DNA of 64,000 nucleotides from Waddlia chondrophila WSU 86-1044 (GTDB lineage Bacteria; Chlamydiota; Chlamydiia; Chlamydiales; CAMCWV01): NCBI GenBank assembly GCA_945882915.1, contig CAMCWV010000002.1, positions 43,821 to 107,820 of the forward strand, read 5' to 3'. Shown piece by piece: positions 62,739 to 64,000 of this stretch (position 1 is its first letter; each line of letters starts with the position of its first letter). The notes under the pieces were generated by a model. It saw only the letters and a program-made list of their open reading frames with translations, ran no database searches and was not told where the DNA came from. The position numbers and the translations under genes were made by a program.

Positions 62739-63614
62739 ATGATTGCACGCAATGACCCCTGTTGGTGTGGAAGCGAAAAAAAATGGAAACAATGTCATTA
62801 CCCAACAACCAATCCTAATAACATAAAAAATGACCTTGCTGAGCGCTACCGCAAGCAATACCAAATCATCTTAAAAACTGAAGAGCAAATTGCAGGTATA
62901 CGAAGAGCGTGCAAACTTGCTGCAGAAATCTTAGATAAAACATGCGCAATGGCCCACGAAGGGGTAACGACAAATGAGCTTAATACTTTTGCTCATGACC
63001 TCCACGTAAAAGCAGGGGCTATCCCTGCGCCGCTAGGCTACGGCCACCCTCCCTTTCCAAAGAGCATTTGTACTTCGCTAAATGAAGTCATTTGTCACGG
63101 GATCCCAGACAATACACGCCTAAAAGATGGCGACATCCTAAACATTGATGTCTCAAGCATTCTTAAGGGGTATTACGGCGACTGCAGTGGAATGGTGTGT
63201 ATCGGCAAGGTTAATGAAGAGCGTCAACGTGTTGTGGATGTCTCTCGCGAGTGCTTGAACAAGGCAATCGCCATCCTAAAACCAGGCGTTTTAGTGTCTA
63301 ATATTGGAGATGCAATTGAAGCCTATGCCGCTAAACATAAATGTTCTGTTGTTCAGCAGTTCGTCGGCCACGGTGTAGGTATAGACTTTCATGAAGCCCC
63401 CCAAGTCCCTCACTGCCACAATAAAGTCAGAATTCCCCTTGTGCCAGGGATGATCTTTACAATTGAGCCCATGATCAACGCAGGCGTTCATGAAGGGATT
63501 GTCGATTCTAAAGATGGATGGACAGCTAGGACAAGAGATCTTAAAGCTAGCGGCCAGTGGGAGCACACGCTGCTTATCACAGAAACAGGCTGTGAAGTAC
63601 TCACGCAGCTTTAG
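62739..63614 (+). CDS. map: methionine aminopeptidase type I with N-terminal SEC-C zinc motif
   Basis: Start MIARNDPCWCGSEKKWKQCH (SEC-C motif), then the M24A core (VCHGIP, DCSGM, GHGVG, EPM, WEHT). The track ORF start at 62619 lies inside truA. Confidence 0.9.
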   Translation: MIARNDPCWCGSEKKWKQCHYPTTNPNNIKNDLAERYRKQYQIILKTEEQIAGIRRACKLAAEILDKTCAMAHEGVTTNELNTFAHDLHVKAGAIPAPLGYGHPPFPKSICTSLNEVICHGIPDNTRLKDGDILNIDVSSILKGYYGDCSGMVCIGKVNEERQRVVDVSRECLNKAIAILKPGVLVSNIGDAIEAYAAKHKCSVVQQFVGHGVGIDFHEAPQVPHCHNKVRIPLVPGMIFTIEPMINAGVHEGIVDSKDGWTARTRDLKASGQWEHTLLITETGCEVLTQL

Positions 63615-63654
63615 GCTGCGAGGCGGACTTTGGTTGTTCCGACGAATGAGACAA

Positions 63655-63957
63655 TTGCACTAGTCGGGAATTTAGGGGGCGAGCTAGCAAGCTCTTTGAG
63701 TCTCCTTAAAAATTAAGGAGTGCAAAATTGTCCTAAACAAACAATTGCCATTTCCAGAAGGTAACGTGGACCGTCCCAGTCTGGAATTTCAGATTGAGTC
63801 TACAACAAACATTTGCCTGGCAGGAGGTTAGATCCCAGACCTTAGGCGGTCCACGTTACCTTCTGGAGGCGGCAACCCTTTAATCGCTACGGGCTTCTTC
63901 TCTTTTTTTCTTTTGTGCGCCGTCCAAATTCCCGTTTTCAGCTAAGAGGCGTATATA
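63655..63957. repeat. composite: degenerate R1 left arm + R2-flank + complete R2 (63753-63857) + R1 right arm (63917-63957)
   Basis: gtcgggaatttagggggcgagctagcaagctc ... aaaattgtcctaaacaaacaattgccatttccagaaggtaacgtggaccgtcccagtctgg ... ccagaccttaggcggtccacgttaccttctgg ... gcgccgtccaaattcccgttttcagctaagaggcgtatata. Confidence 0.8.
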
Positions 63958-64000
63958 AACGGCCAAGGCAATTAGAGACGAGCTCTTGAAGTGTTTTTAC

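Overview
The window reads as core chromosome of a PVC-type bacterium, most consistent with an amoeba-associated (environmental) member of the Chlamydiae. That assignment is an inference from gene content: the futalosine genes mqnD/mqnB plus a radical-SAM Mqn enzyme, bamA-skp-lpxD, groES/groEL, a SEC-C-tagged methionine aminopeptidase, a 50-aa small basic protein, HPr, RNase R and sigma-28. I can support about 60 protein genes, one tRNA-Asn(GTT) and the SRP (4.5S) RNA.

Two things stand out.

(1) Almost every intergenic spacer is filled with a mosaic of palindromic, MITE-like repeats. I labelled at least nine families R1-R9.
- They are nested inside each other.
- One pair of copies gives a filled-versus-empty site comparison.
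- One element is flanked by a 7-bp target-site duplication.
- Repeat ends supply a stop codon (ybeY, and the tlyC-like gene) or the Shine-Dalgarno/start context (fliA).

(2) A minus-strand cluster runs flhB-like, flhA-like, flhF, a 2-TM gene, fliA (sigma-28), then a 91-aa gene. This has the canonical flagellar gene order rather than an injectisome order, with no structural flagellar genes in view.

Other notable items:
- csrA paired with a T3S-chaperone/YbjN-like gene
- a hicAB module plus a methyltransferase next to tRNA-Asn
- a DUF151 nuclease translationally coupled to two tandem DUF3419-like paralogues
- an HPr with an N-terminal (KTPHG)x4 tandem repeat
- a frameshifted IS200-family tnpA, with a related solo hairpin elsewhere
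- an IS4/IS1634-like remnant
- a 296-bp insertion flanked by 24-nt direct repeats at the 3' end of the IHF-like gene
- a CIRCE-like operator variant upstream of groES

All calls were made by eye from the sequence and the ORF track. Repeat coordinates are approximate (+/- a few bp), and family assignments rest on recalled motifs, not on searches.
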